Below are positions 13,567 to 28,500 of a stretch of DNA of 64,000 bases, piece after piece. The position numbers were made by a program, and so were the translations under genes. Source of the DNA: the human T2T-CHM13v2.0 reference genome, Homo sapiens; NCBI RefSeq assembly GCF_009914755.1, contig NC_060935.1; one strand, written 5' to 3'. How positions within the stretch are numbered: the first letter of the stretch is position 1; each line of letters begins with the position of its first letter. A model generated the notes under the pieces. That model did not search any database, had not been told where the DNA came from, and saw only the letters and a program-made list of their open reading frames with translations.

Positions 13567-16500
13567 CAAGTGGATATGTGGACCTCTGTGAAGATTTCGT
13601 TGGAAACGGGTTCATCTTCACAGAAAAACTAAACAGAAGCATTCTCAGAAACTGCTTTGTGATGTTTGTGTTCCACTTCAGGAATTGAACTTTCCTCTTG
13701 ACAGAGCAGCTCTGAAACCCTCTTATTCTAGAATCTGCAAGTGGACATTTGGAGGGCTTTGAGGCCTGTGGTGGAAAAGGAAAATCTTCACATAAAAACT
13801 AGATGGAAGCATTCTCAGAAACTACTTTGTGATGATGGCTTTCGACTCACAGAGTTGAACATTCCTATAGATAGAGCAGGTTGTAAACAATCTTTTTGTA
13901 GAATCTGCGATTGGAGATTTGGACTGCTTTGAGGCCTACTGTAGTAAAGGAAATAACTTCATCTAAAAACCAAACGGAAGCATTCACAGACAATACTTAG
14001 TGATCATTGGATTGAACTAACAGAGCTGAACATTCCTTTAGATGGAGCAGTTTCCAAACACACTTTCTGTAGAATCTGCAAGTGGATATTTGGACTTCTC
14101 TGAGGATTTCGTTGGAAACGGGATAAAATTCCCAGAACTACACGGAAGCATTCTGAGAAACTTCTTTGTAATGTTTTCATTCAACTCACAGAGTTGAACC
14201 TTGCTTTCATAGTTCAGCTTTCAAACACTCTTTTTGTACAATCTGCAAGTGGATATTTGGACCACTTTGTGGCCTTCCTTCGAAACGGGTATATCTTCAT
14301 ATCAAACCTAGACAGAAGCATTCTCAGAATGTTTCCTGTGATGACTGCATTCAACTCACAGAGGTGAACAATCCTGCTGATGGAGCAGTTTTGAAACTCT
14401 CTTTCTTTGGATTCTGCAAGTGGATATGTGGACCTCTGTGAAGATTTCGTTGGAAACGGGTTCATCTTCACAGAAAAACTAAACAGAAGCATTCTCAGAA
14501 ACTGCTTTGTGATGTTTGTGTTCCACTTCAGGAATTGAACTTTCCTCTTGACAGAGCAGCTCTGAAACCCTCTTTTTCTAGAATCTGCAAGTGGACATTT
14601 GGAGGGCTTTGAGGCCTGTTGTGGAAAAGGAAAATCTTCACATAAAAACTAGATGGAAGCATTCTCAGAAACTACTTTGTGATGATTGCATTCGACTCAC
14701 AGAGTTGAACATTCCTATAGATAGAGCAGGTTGTAAACAATCTTTTTGTAGAATCTGCGATTGGAGATTTGGACTGCTTTGAGGCCTACTGTAGTAAAGG
14801 AAATAACTTCATCTAAAAACCAAACGGAAGCATTCACAGACAATTCTTAGTGATCATTGGATTGAACTAACAGAGCTGAACATTCCTTTAGATGGCGCAG
14901 TTTCCAAACACACTTTCTGTAGAATCTGCAAGTGGATATTTGGACTTCTCTGAGGATTTCGTTGGAAACGGGATAAACTTCCCAGAACTACACGGAAGCA
15001 TTGTGAGAAACATCTTTGTGATGTTTGCATTCAACTCACAGAGTTGAACCTTGCTTTCATAGTTCAGCTTTCAAACCCTCTTTTTGTAGAATCTGCAAGT
15101 AGATATTTGGGCCACATTGTGGCCTTCCTTCGAAACGGGTATATCTTCACATCAAACCTAGACAGAAGCATTCTCAGAATGTTTCCTGTGATGACTGCAT
15201 TCAACTCACAGAGGTGAACAATCCTGCTGATGGAGCAGTTTTGAAACTCTCTTTCTTTGGATTCTGCAAGTGGATATGTGGACCTCTGTGAAGATTTCGT
15301 TGGAAACGGGTTCATCTTCACAGAAAAACTAAACAGGAGCATTCTCAGAAACTGCTTTGTGATGTTTGTGTTCCACTTCAAGAATTGAACTTTCCTCTTG
15401 ACAGAGCAGCTCTGAAACCCTATTTTTCTAGAATCTGCAAGTGGACATTTGGAGGGCTTTGAGGCCTGTGGTGGAAAAGGAAAATCTTCACATAAAAACT
15501 AGATGGAAGCATTCTCAGAAACTACTTTGTGATGATTGCATTCGACTCACAGAGTTGAACATTCCTATAGATAGAGCAGGTTGTAAACAATCTTTTTCTA
15601 GAATCTGCGATTGGAGATTTGGACAGCTTTGAGGCCTACTGTAGTAAAGGAAATAACTTCATCTAAAAACCAAACGGAAGCATTCACAGACAATTCTTAG
15701 TGATCATTGGATTGAACTAACAGAGCTGAACATTCCTTTAGATGGAGCAGTTTCCAAACCCACTTTCTGTAGAATCTGCAAGTGGATATTTGGACTTCTC
15801 TGAGGATTTCGTTGGAAACGGGATAAACTTCCCAGAACTACAGGGAAGCATTGTGAGAAACTTCTTTGTGATGTTTGCATTCAACTCACAGAGTTGAACC
15901 TTGCTTTCATAGTTCAGCTTTCAAACACTCTTTTTGTAGAATCTGCAAGTGGATATTTGGACCACTTTGTGGCCTTCCTTCGAAACGGGTATATCTTCAC
16001 ATCAAACCTAGACAGAAGCATTCTCAGAATGTTTCCTGTGATGACTGCATTCAACTCACAGAGGTGAACAATCCTGCTGATGGAGCAGTTTTGAAACTCT
16101 CTTTCTTTGGATTCTGCAAGTGGATATGTGGACCTCTGTGAAGATTTCGTTGGAAACGGGTTCATCTTCACAGAAAAACTAAACAGGAGCATTCTCAGAA
16201 ACTGCTTTGTGATGTTTGTGTTCCACTTAAAGAATTGAACTTTCCTCTTGACAGAGCAGCTCTGAAACCCTCTTTTTCTAGAATCTGCAAGTGGACATTT
16301 GGAGGGCTTTGAGGCCTGTGGTGGAAAAGGAAATTCTTCACATAAAAACTTTATGGAAGCATTCTCAGAAACTTCTTTGTGATGATTGCATTCGACTCAC
16401 AGAGTTGAACATTCCTATAGATAGAGCAGGTTGTAAACAATCTTTTTGTAGAGTCTGCGATTGGAGATTTGGACTGCTTTGAGGCCTACTGTAGTAAAGG

Positions 16501-19500
16501 AAATTACTTCATCTAAAAACCAAACGGAAGCATTCACAGACAATTCTTAGTGATCATTGGATTGAACTAACAGAGCTGAACATTCCTTTAGATGGAGCAG
16601 TTTCCAAACCCACTTTCTGTAGAATCTGCAAGTGGATATTTGGACTTCTCTGAGGATTTCGTTGGAAACGGGATAAACTTCCCAGAACTACACGGAAGCA
16701 TTGTGAGAAACTTCTTTGTGATGTTTGCATTCAACTCACAGAGTTGAACCTTGTTTTCATAATTCAGCTTTCAAACACTCTTTTTGTAGAATCTGCAAGT
16801 GGATATTTGGACCACTTTGTGGCCTTCCTTCGAAACGGGTATATCTTCACATCAAACCTAGACAGAAGCATTCTCAGAATGTTTCCTGTGATGACTGCAT
16901 TCAACTCACAGAGGTGAACAATCCTGTTGATGGAGCACTTTGGAAACTCTCTTTCTTTGGATTCTGCAAGTTGATATGTGGACCTCTGTGAAGATTTCGT
17001 TGGAAACGGGTTCATCTTCACAGAAAAACTAAACAGAAGCATTCTCAAAAACTACTTTGTGATGTTTGTGTTCCACTTCAAGAATTGAACTTTCCTCTTG
17101 AGAGAGCAGCTCTGAAACCCTCTTTTTCTAGAATCTGCAAGTGGACATTTGGAGGGCTTTGAGGCCTGTGGTGGAAAAGGAATATCTTCACATAAAAACT
17201 AGATGGAAGCATTCTCAGAAACTACTTTGTGATGATTGCATTCGACTCACAGAGTTGAACATTCCTATAGATAGAGCAGGTTGTAAACAATCTTTTTGTA
17301 GAATCTGCGATTGGAGATTCGGACTGCTTTGAGGCCTACTGTAGTAAAGGAAATAACTTCATCTAAAAACCAAACGGAAGCATTCACAGACAATTCTTAG
17401 TGATCATTGCATTGAACTAACAGAGCTGAACATTCCTTTAGATGGCGCAGTTTCCAAACACACTTTCTGTAGAATCTGCAAGTGGATATTTGGACCTCTC
17501 TGAGGATTTCGTTGGAAACGGGATAAACTTCCCAGAACTACACGGAAGCATTGTGAGAAACTTCTTTGTGATGTTTGCATTCAACTCACAGAGTTGAACC
17601 TTGCTTTCATAGTTCAGCTTTCAAACACTCTTTTTGTAGAATCTGCAAGTGGATATTTGGACCACTTTGTGGCCTTCCTTCGAAACGGGTATATCTTCAC
17701 ATCAAACCTAGACAGAAGCATTCTCAGAATGTTTCCTGTGATGACTGCATTCAACTCACAGAGGTGAACAATCCTGCTGATGGAGCAGTTTTGAAACTCT
17801 CTTTCTTTGGATTCTGCATGTGGATATGTGGACCTCTGTGAAGATTTCGTTGGAAACGGGTTCATCTTCACAGAAAAACTAAACAGGAGCATTCTCAGAA
17901 ACTGCTTTGTGATGTTTGTGTTCCACTTCAAGAATTGAACTTTCCTCTTGACAGAGCAGCTCTGAAACCCTCTTTTTCTAGAATCTGCAAGTGGACATTT
18001 GGAGGGCTTTGAGGCCTGTGGTGGAAAAGGAAAATCTTCACATAAAAACTAGATGGAAGCATTCTCAGAAACTACTTTGTGATGATTGCATTCGACTCAC
18101 AGAGTTGAACATTCCTATAGATAGAGCAGGTTGTAAACAATCTTTTTGTAGAATCTGCGATTGGAGATTTGGACTGCTTTGAGGCCTACTGTAGTAAAGG
18201 AAATAACTTCATCTAAAAACCAAACGGAAGCATTTACAGACAATTCTTAGTGATCATTGGATTGAACTAACAGAGCTGAACATTCCTTTAGATGGAGCAG
18301 TTTCCAAACCCACTTTCTGTAGAATCTGCAAGTGGATATTTGGACTTCTCTGAGGATTTCGTTGGAAACGGGATAAACTTCCCAGAACTACAGGGAAGCA
18401 TTGTGAGAAACTTCTTTGTGATGTTTGCATTCAACTCACAGAGTTGAACCTTGCTTTCATAGTTCAGCTTTCAAACACTCTTTTTGTAGAATCTGCAAGT
18501 GGATATTTGGACCACTTTGTGGCCTTCCTTCGAAACGGGTATATCTTCACATCAAACCTAGACAGAAGCATTCTCAGAATGTTTCCTGTGATGACTGCAT
18601 TCAACTCACAGAGGTGAACAATCCTGTTGATGGAGCACTTTTGAAACTCTCTTTCTTTGGATTCTGCAAGTTGATATGTGGACCTCTGTGAAGATTTCGT
18701 TGGAAACGGGTTCATCTTCACAGAAAAACTAAACAGAAGCATTCTCAGAAACTACTTTGTGATGTTTGTGTTCCACTTCAAGAATTGAACTTTCCTCTTG
18801 ACAGAGCAGCTCTGAAACCCTCTTTTTCTAGAATCTGCAAGTGGACATTTGGAGGGCTTTGAGGCCTGTGGTGGAAAAGGAAAATCTTCACATAAAAACT
18901 AGATGGAAGCATTCTCAGAAACTACTTTGTGATGATTGCATTCGTCTCACAGAGTTGAACATTCCTATAGATAGAGCAGGTTGTAAACAATCTTTTTGTA
19001 GAATCTGCGATTGGAGATTTGGACTGCTTGGAGGCCTACTCTAGTAAAGTAAATAACTTCATCTAAAAACCAAACGGAAGCATTCACAGACAATTCTTAG
19101 TGATCATTGCATTGAACTAACAGAGCTGAACATTCCTTTAGATGGCGCAGTTTCCAAACACACTTTCTGTAGAATCTGCAAGTGGATATTTTGACCTCTC
19201 TGAGGATTTCGTTGGAAACGGGATAAACTTCCCAGAACTACACGGAAGCATTCTGAGAAACTTCTTTGTGATGTTTGCATTCAACTCACAGAGTTGAACC
19301 TTGCTTTCATAGTTCAGCTTTCAAACACTCTTTTTGTAGAATCTGCAAGTGGATATTTTGACCACTTTGTGGCCTTCCTTCGAAACGGGTATATCTTCAC
19401 ATCAAGCCTAGACAGAAGCATTCTCAGAATGTTTCCTGTGATGACTGCATTCAACTCACAGAGGTGAACAATCCTGCTGATGGAGCAGTTTTGAAACTCT

Positions 19501-22500
19501 CTTTCTTTGGATTCTGCAAGTGGATATGTGGACCTCTGTGAAGATTTCGTTGGAAACGGGTTCATCTTCACAGAAAAACTAAACAGAAGCATTCTCAGAA
19601 ACTGCTTTGTGATGTTTGTGTTCCACTTCAGGAATTGAACTTTCCTCTTGACAGAGCAGCTCTGAAACCCTCTTATTCTAGAATCTGCAAGTGGACATTT
19701 GGAGGGCTTTGAGGCCTGTGGTGGAAAAGGAAAATCTTCACATAAAAACTAGATGGAAGCATTCTCAGAAACTACTTTGTGATGATTGCATTCGACTCAC
19801 AGAGTTGAACATTCCTATAGATAGAGCAGGTTGTAAACAATCTTTTTGTAGAAAATGCGATTGGAGATTTGGACTGCTTTGAGGCCTACTGTAGTAAAGG
19901 AAATAACTTCATCTAAAAACCAAACGGAAGCATTCACAGACAATTCTTAGTGATCATTGGATTGAACTAACAGAGCTGAACATTCCTTTAGATGGAGCAG
20001 TTTCCAAACCCACTTTCTGTAGAATCTGCAAGTGGATATTTGGACTTCTCTGAGGATTTCGTTGGAAACGGGATAAACTTCCCAGAACTACACGGAAGCA
20101 TTGTGAGAAACTTCTTTGTGATGTTTGCATTCAACTCACAGAGTTGAACCTTGCTTTCATAGTTCAGCTTTCAAACACTCTTTTTGTAGAATCTGCAAGT
20201 GGATATTTGGACCACTTTGTGGCCTTCCTTCGAAACGGGTATATCTTCACATCAAACCTAGACAGAAGCATTCTCAGAATGTTTCCTGTGATGACTGCAT
20301 TCAACTCACAGAGGTGAACAATCCTGCTGATGGAGCAGTTTTGAAACTCTCTTTCTTTGGATTCTACAAGTGGATATGTGGACCTCTGTGAAGATTTCGT
20401 TGGAAACGGGTTCATCTTCACAGAAAAACTAAACAGAAGCATTCTCAGAAACTGCTTTGTGATGTTTGTGTTCCACTCCAGGAATTGAACTTTCCTCTTG
20501 ACAGAGCAGCTCTGAAACCCTCTTATTCTAGAATCTGCAAGTGGACATTTGGAGGGCTTTGAGGCCTGTGGTGGAAAAGGAAAATCTTCACATAAAAACT
20601 AGATGGAAGCATTCTCAGAAACTACTTTGTGATGATGGCTTTCGACTCACAGAGTTGAACATTCCTATAGATAGAGCAGGTTGTAAACAATCTTTTTGTA
20701 GAATCTGCGATTGGAGATTTGGACTGCTTTGAGGCCTACTGTAGTAAAGGAAATAACTTCATCTAAAAACCAAACGGAAGCATTCACAGACAATACTTAG
20801 TGATCATTGGATTGAACTAACAGAGCTGAACATTCCTTTAGATGGAGCAGTTTCCAAACACACTTTCTGTAGAATCTGCAAGTGGATATTTGGACTTCTC
20901 TGAGGATTTCGTTGGAAACGGGATAAAATTCCCAGAACTACACGGAAGCATTCTGAGAAACTTCTTTGTCATGTTTGCATTCAACTCACAGAGTTGAACC
21001 TTGCTTTCATAGTTCAGCTTTCAAACACTCTTTTTGTACAATCTGCAAGTGGATATTTGGACCACTTTGTGGCCTTCCTTCGAAAAGGGTATATCTTCAT
21101 ATCAAACCTAGACAGAAGCATTCTCAGAATGTTTCCTGTGATGACTGCATTCAACTCACAGAGGTGAACAATCCTGCTGATGGAGCAGTTTTGAAACTCT
21201 CTTTCTTTGGATTCTGCAAGTGGATATGTGGACCTCTGTGAAGATTTCGTTGGAAACGGGTTCATCTTCACAGAAAAACTAAACAGGAGCATTCTCAGAA
21301 AGTGCTTTGTGATGTTTGTGTTCCACTTCAGGAATTGAACTTTCCTCTTGACAGAGCAGCTCTGAAACCCTCTTTTTCTAGAATCTGCAAGTGGACATTT
21401 GGAGGGCTTTGAGGCCTGTGGTGGAAAAGGAAAATCTTCACATAAAAACTAGATGGAAGCATTGTCAGAAACTACTTTGTGATGATTGCATTCGACTCAC
21501 AGAGTTGAACATTCCTATAGATAGAGCAGGTTGTAAACAATCTTTTTGTAGAATCTGCGATTGGAGATTTGGACTGCTTTGAGGCCTACTGTAGTAGAGG
21601 AAATAACTTCATCTAAAAACCAAACGGAAGCATTCACAGACAATTCTTAGTGATCATTGCATTGAACTAACAGAGCTGAACATTCCTTTAGATGGAGCAG
21701 TTTCCAAACACACTTTCTGTAGAATCTGCAAGTGGATATTTGGACTTCTCTGAGGATTTCGTTGGAAACGGGATAAACTTCCCAGAACTACACGGAAGCA
21801 TTCTGAGAAACTTCTTTGTGATGTTTGCATTCAACTCACAGAGTTGAACCTTGCTTTCATAGTTCAGCTTTCAAACACTCTTTTTGTAGAATCTGCAAGT
21901 GGATATTTGGACCACTTTGTGGCCTTCCTTCGAAACGGGTATATCTTCCCATCAAACCTAGACAGAAGCATTCTCAGAATGTTTCCTGTGTTGACTGCAT
22001 TCAACTCTCAGAGGTGAACAATCCTGCTGATGGAGCACTTTTGAAACTCTCTTTCTTTGGATTCTGCAAGTTGATATGTGGACCTCTGTGAAGATTTCGT
22101 TGGAAACGGGTTCATCTTCACAGAAAAACTAAACAGAAGCATTCTCAGAAACTGCTTTGTGATGTTTGTGTTCCACTTCAAGAATTGAACTTTCCTCTTG
22201 ACAGAGCAGCTCTGAAACCCTCTTTTTCTAGAATCTGCAAGTGGACATTTGGAGGGCTTTGAGGCCTGTGGTGGAAAAGGAAAATCTTCACATAAAAACT
22301 AGATGGAAGCATTCTCAGAAACTACTTTGTGATGATTGCATTCGACTCACAGAGTTGAACATTCCTATAGATAGAGCAGGTTGTAAACAATCTTTTTGTA
22401 GAATCTGCGATTGGAGATTTGGACTGCTTTGAGGCCTACTGTAGTAAAGGATGTAACTTCATCTAAAAACCAAACGGAAGCATTCACAGACAATTCTTAG

Positions 22501-25500
22501 TGATCATTGCATTGAACTAACAGAGCTGAACATTCCTTTAGATGGAGCTGTTTCCAAACCCACTTTCTGTAGAATCTGCAAGTGGATATTTGGACTTCTC
22601 TGAGGATTTCGTTGGAAAGGGGATAAACTTCCCAGAACTACAGGGAAGCATTGTGAGAAACTTCTTTGTGATGTTTGCATTCAACTCACAGAGTTGAACC
22701 TTGCTTTCATAGTTCAGCTTTCAAACATTCTTTTTGTAGAATCTGCAAGTGGATATTTGGACCACTTTGTGGCCTTCCTTCGAAACGGTTATATCTTCAC
22801 ATCAAACCTAGACAGAAGCATTCTCAGAATGGTTCCTGTGATGACTGCATTCAACTCACAGAGGTGAACAATCCTGCTGATGGAGCAATTTTGAAACTCT
22901 CTTTCTTTGGATTCTGCAAGTGGATATGTGGACCTCTGTGAAGATTTCGTTGGAAACGGGTTCATCTTCACAGAAAAACTAAACAGGAGCATTCTCAGAA
23001 ACTGCTTTGTGATGTTTGTGTTCCACTTCAAGAATTGAACTTTCCTCTTGACAGAGCAGCTCTGAAACCCTCTTTTTCTAGAATCTGCAAGTGGACATTT
23101 GGAGGGCTTTGAGGCCTGTGGTGGAAAAGGAAAATCTTCACATAAAAACTTTATGGAAGCATTCTCAGAAACTTCTTTGTGATGATTGCATTCGACTCAC
23201 AGAGTTGAACATTCCTATAGATAGAGCAGGTTGTAAACAATCTTTTTGTAGAATCTGCGATTGGAGATTTGGACTGCTTTGAGGCCTACTGTAGTAAAGG
23301 AAATTACTTCATCTAAAAACCAAACGGAAGCATTCACAGACAATACTTAGTGATCATTCGATTGAACTAACAGAGCTGAACATTCCTTTAGATGGAGCAG
23401 TTTCCAAACCCACTTTCTGTAGAATCTGCAAGTGGATATTTGGACTTCTCTGAGGATTTCGTTGGAAACGGGATAAACTTCCCAGAACTACACGGAAGCA
23501 TTGTGAGAAACTTCTTTGTGATGTTTGCATTCAACTCACAGAGTTGAACCTTGCTTTCATAGTTCAGCTTTCAAACACTCTTTTTGTAGAATCTGCAAGT
23601 GGATATTTGGACCACTTTGTGGCCTTCCTTCGAAACGGGTATATCTTCACATCAAACCTAGACAGAAGCATTCTCAGAATGTTTCCTGTGATGACTGCAT
23701 TCAACTCACAGAGGTGAACAATCCTGCTGATGGAGCAGTTTTGAAACTCTCTTTCTTTGGATTCTGCAAGTGGATATGTGGACCTCTGTGAAGATTTCGT
23801 TGGAAACGGGTTCATCTTCACAGAAAAACTAAACAGGAGCATTCTCAGAAACTGCTTTGTGATGTTTGTGTTCCACTTCAAGAATTGAACTTTCCTCTTG
23901 ACAGAGCAGCTCTGAAACCCTCTTTTTCTAGAATCTGCAAGTGGACATTTGGAGGGCTTTGAGGCCTGTGGTGGAAAAGGAAAATCTTCACATAAAAACT
24001 AGATGGAAGCATTCTCAGAAACTACTTTGTGATGATTGCATTCGACTCACAGAGTTGAACATTCCTATAGATAGAGCAGGTTGTAAACAAACTTTTTGTA
24101 GAATCTGCGATTGGAGATTTGGACTGCTTTGAGGCCTACTGTAGTAAAGGAAATAACTTCATCTAAAAACCAAACGGAAGCATTCACAGACAATTCTTAG
24201 TGATCATTGCATTGAACTAACAGAGCTGAACATTCCTTTAGATGGCGCAGTTTCCAAACACACTTTCTGTAGAATCTGCAAGTGGATATTTGGACCTCTC
24301 TGAGGATTTCGTTGGAAACGGGATAAACTTCCCAGAACTACACGGAAGCATGCTGAGAAACTTCTTTGTGATGTTTGCATTCAACTCACAGAGTTGAACC
24401 TTGCTTTCATAGTTCAGCTTTCAAACACTCTTTTTGTAGAATCTGCAAGTGGATATTTGGACCACTTTGTGGCCTTCCTTCGAAACGGGTATATCTTCAC
24501 ATCAAACCTAGACAGAAGCATTCTCAGAATGTTTCCTGTGATGACTGCATTCAACTCACAGAGGTGAACAATCCTGCTGATGGAGCAATTTTGAAACTCT
24601 CTTTCTTTGGATTCTGCAAGTGGATATGTGGACCTCTGTGAAGATTTCGTTGGAAACGGGTTCATCTTCACAGAAAAACTAAACAGAAGCATTCTCAGAA
24701 ACTGCTTTGTGATGTTTGTGTTCCACTTCAGGAATTGAACTTTCCTCTTGACAGAGCAGCTCTGAAACCCTCTTATTCTAGAATCTGCAAGTGGACATTT
24801 GGAGGGCTTTGAGGCCTGTGGTGGAAAAGGAAAATCTTCACATAAAAACTAGATGGAAGCATTCTCAGAAACTACTTTGTGATGATTGCATTCGACTCAC
24901 AGAGTTGAACATTCCTATAGATAGAGCAGGTTGTAAACAATCTTTTTGTAGAATCTGCGATTGGAGATTTGGACTGCTTTGAGGCCTACTGTAGTAAAGG
25001 AAATAACTTCATCTAAAAACCAAACGGAAGCATTCACAGACAATTCTTAATGATCATTGCATTGAACTAACAGAGCTGAACATTCCTTTAGATGGAGCAG
25101 TTTCCAAACACACTTTCTGTAGAACCTGCAAGTGGATATTTGGACCTCTCTGAGGATTTCGTTGGAAACGGGATAAACTTCCCAGAGCTACACGGAAGCA
25201 TTGTGAGAAACTTCTTTGTGATGTTTGCATTCAACTCACAGAGTTGAACCTTGCTTTCATAGTTCAGCTTTCAAACCCTCTTTTTGTAGAATCTGCAAGT
25301 GGATATTTGGGCCACTTTGTGGCCTTCCTTTGAAACGGGTATATCTTCACATCAAACCTAGACAGAAGCATTCTCAGAATGTTTCCTGTGAAGACTGCAT
25401 TCAACTCACAGAGATGAACAATCCTGTTGATGGAGCACTTTGGAAACTCTCTTTCTTGGGATTCTGCAAGTTGATATGTGGACCTCTGTGAAGATTTCGT

Positions 25501-28500
25501 TGGAAACGTGTTCATCTTCACAGAAAAACTAAACAGAAGCATTCTCAAAAACTACTTTGTGATGTTTGTGTTCCACTTCAAGAATTGAACTTTCCTCTTG
25601 ACAGAGCAGCTCTGAAACCCTCTTTTTCTAGAATCTGCAAGTGGACATTTGGAGGGCTTTGAGGCCTGTGGTGGAAAAGGAAAATCTTCACATAAAAACT
25701 AGATGGAAGCATTCTCAGAAACTACTTTGTGATGATTGCATTCGACTCACAGAGTTGAACATTCCTATAGATAGAGCAGGTTGTAAACAATCTTTTTCTA
25801 GAATCTGCGATTGGAGATTTGGACTGCTTTGAGGCCTACTGTAGTAAAGGAAATAACTTCATCTAAAAACCAAACGGAAGCATTCACAGACAATTCTTAG
25901 TGATCATTGGATTGAACTAACACAGCTGAACATTCCTTTAGATGGAGCAGTTTCCAAACACACTTTCTGTAGAATCTGCAAGTGGATATTTGGACCACTC
26001 TGAGGATTTCGTTGGAAACGGGATAAACTTCCCAGAACTACACGGAAGCATTCTGAGAAACTTCTTTGTGATGTTTGCATTCAACTCACAGAGTTGAACC
26101 TTGCTTTCATAGTTCAGCTTTCAAACACTCTTTTTGTAGAATCTGCAAGTGGATATTTGGACCACTTTGTGGCCTTCCTTCGAAACGGGTATATCTTCAC
26201 ATCAAACCTAGACAGAAGCATTCTCAGAATGTTTCCTGTGATGACTGCATTCAACTCACAGAGGTGAACAATCCTGCTGATGGAGCAGTTTTGAAACTCT
26301 CTTTCTTTGGATTCTGCAAGTGGATATGTGGACCTCTGTGAAGATTTCGTTGGAAACGGGTTCATCTTCACAGAAAAACTAAACAGAAGCATTCTCAGAA
26401 ACTGCTTTGTGATGTTTGTGTTCCACTTCAGGAATTGAACTTTCCTCTTGACAGAGCAGCTCTGAAACCCTCTTATTCTAGAATCTGCAAGTGGACATTT
26501 GGAGGGCTTTGAGGCCTGTGGTGGAAAAGGAAAATCTTCACATAAAAACTAGATGGAAGCATTCTCAGAAACTACTTTGTGATGATGGCTTTCGACTCAC
26601 AGAGTTGAACATTCCTATAGATAGAGCAGGTTGTAAACAATCTTTTTGTAGAATCTGCGATTGGAGATTTGGACTGCTTTGAGGCCTACTGTAGTAAAGG
26701 AAATAACTTCATCTAAAAACCAAACGGAAGCATTCACAGACAATACTTAGTGATCATTGGATTGAACTAACAGAGCTGAACATTCCTTTAGATGGAGCAG
26801 TTTCCAAACACACTTTCTGTAGAATCTGCAAGTGGATATTTGGACTTCTCTGAGGATTTCGTTGGAAACGGGATAAAATTCCCAGAACTACACGGAAGCA
26901 TTCTGAGAAACTTCTTTGTAATGTTTTCATTCAACTCACAGAGTTGAACCTTGCTTTCATAGTTCAGCTTTCAAACACTCTTTTTGTACAATCTGCAAGT
27001 GGATATTTGGACCACTTTGTGGCCTTCCTTCGAAACGGGTATATCTTCATATCAAACCTAGACAGAAGCATTCTCAGAATGTTTCCTGTGATGACTGCAT
27101 TCAACTCACAGAGGTGAACAATCCTGCTGATGGAGCAGTTTTGAAACTCTCTTTCTTTGGATTCTGCAAGTGGATATGTGGACCTCTGTGAAGATTTCGT
27201 TGGAAACGGGTTCATCTTCACAGAAAAACTAAACAGAAGCATTCTCAGAAACTGCTTTGTGATGTTTGTGTTCCACTTCAGGAATTGAACTTTCCTCTTG
27301 ACAGAGCAGCTCTGAAACCCTCTTTTTCTAGAATCTGCAAGTGGACATTTGGAGGGCTTTGAGGCCTGTTGTGGAAAAGGAAAATCTTCACATAAAAACT
27401 AGATGGAAGCATTCTCAGAAACTACTTTGTGATGATTGCATTCGACTCACAGAGTTGAACATTCCTATAGATAGAGCAGGTTGTAAACAATCTTTTTGTA
27501 GAATCTGCGATTGGAGATTTGGACTGCTTTGAGGCCTACTGTAGTAAAGGAAATAACTTCATCTAAAAACCAAACGGAAGCATTCACAGACAATTCTTAG
27601 TGATCATTGGATTGAACTAACAGAGCTGAACATTCCTTTAGATGGCGCAGTTTCCAAACACACTTTCTGTAGAATCTGCAAGTGGATATTTGGACTTCTC
27701 TGAGGATTTCGTTGGAAACGGGATAAACTTCCCAGAACTACACGGAAGCATTGTGAGAAACATCTTTGTGATGTTTGCATTCAACTCACAGAGTTGAACC
27801 TTGCTTTCATAGTTCAGCTTTCAAACCCTCTTTTTGTAGAATCTGCAAGTAGATATTTGGGCCACATTGTGGCCTTCCTTCGAAACGGGTATATCTTCAC
27901 ATCAAACCTAGACAGAAGCATTCTCAGAATGTTTCCTGTGATGACTGCATTCAACTCACAGAGGTGAACAATCCTGCTGATGGAGCAGTTTTGAAACTCT
28001 CTTTCTTTGGATTCTGCAAGTGGATATGTGGACCTCTGTGAAGATTTCGTTGGAAACGGGTTCATCTTCACAGAAAAACTAAACAGGAGCATTCTCAGAA
28101 ACTGCTTTGTGATGTTTGTGTTCCACTTCAAGAATTGAACTTTCCTCTTGACAGAGCAGCTCTGAAACCCTATTTTTCTAGAATCTGCAAGTGGACATTT
28201 GGAGGGCTTTGAGGCCTGTGGTGGAAAAGGAAAATCTTCACATAAAAACTAGATGGAAGCATTCTCAGAAACTACTTTGTGATGATTGCATTCGACTCAC
28301 AGAGTTGAACATTCCTATAGATAGAGCAGGTTGTAAACAATCTTTTTCTAGAATCTGCGATTGGAGATTTGGACAGCTTTGAGGCCTACTGTAGTAAAGG
28401 AAATAACTTCATCTAAAAACCAAACGGAAGCATTCACAGACAATTCTTAGTGATCATTGGATTGAACTAACAGAGCTGAACATTCCTTTAGATGGAGCAG

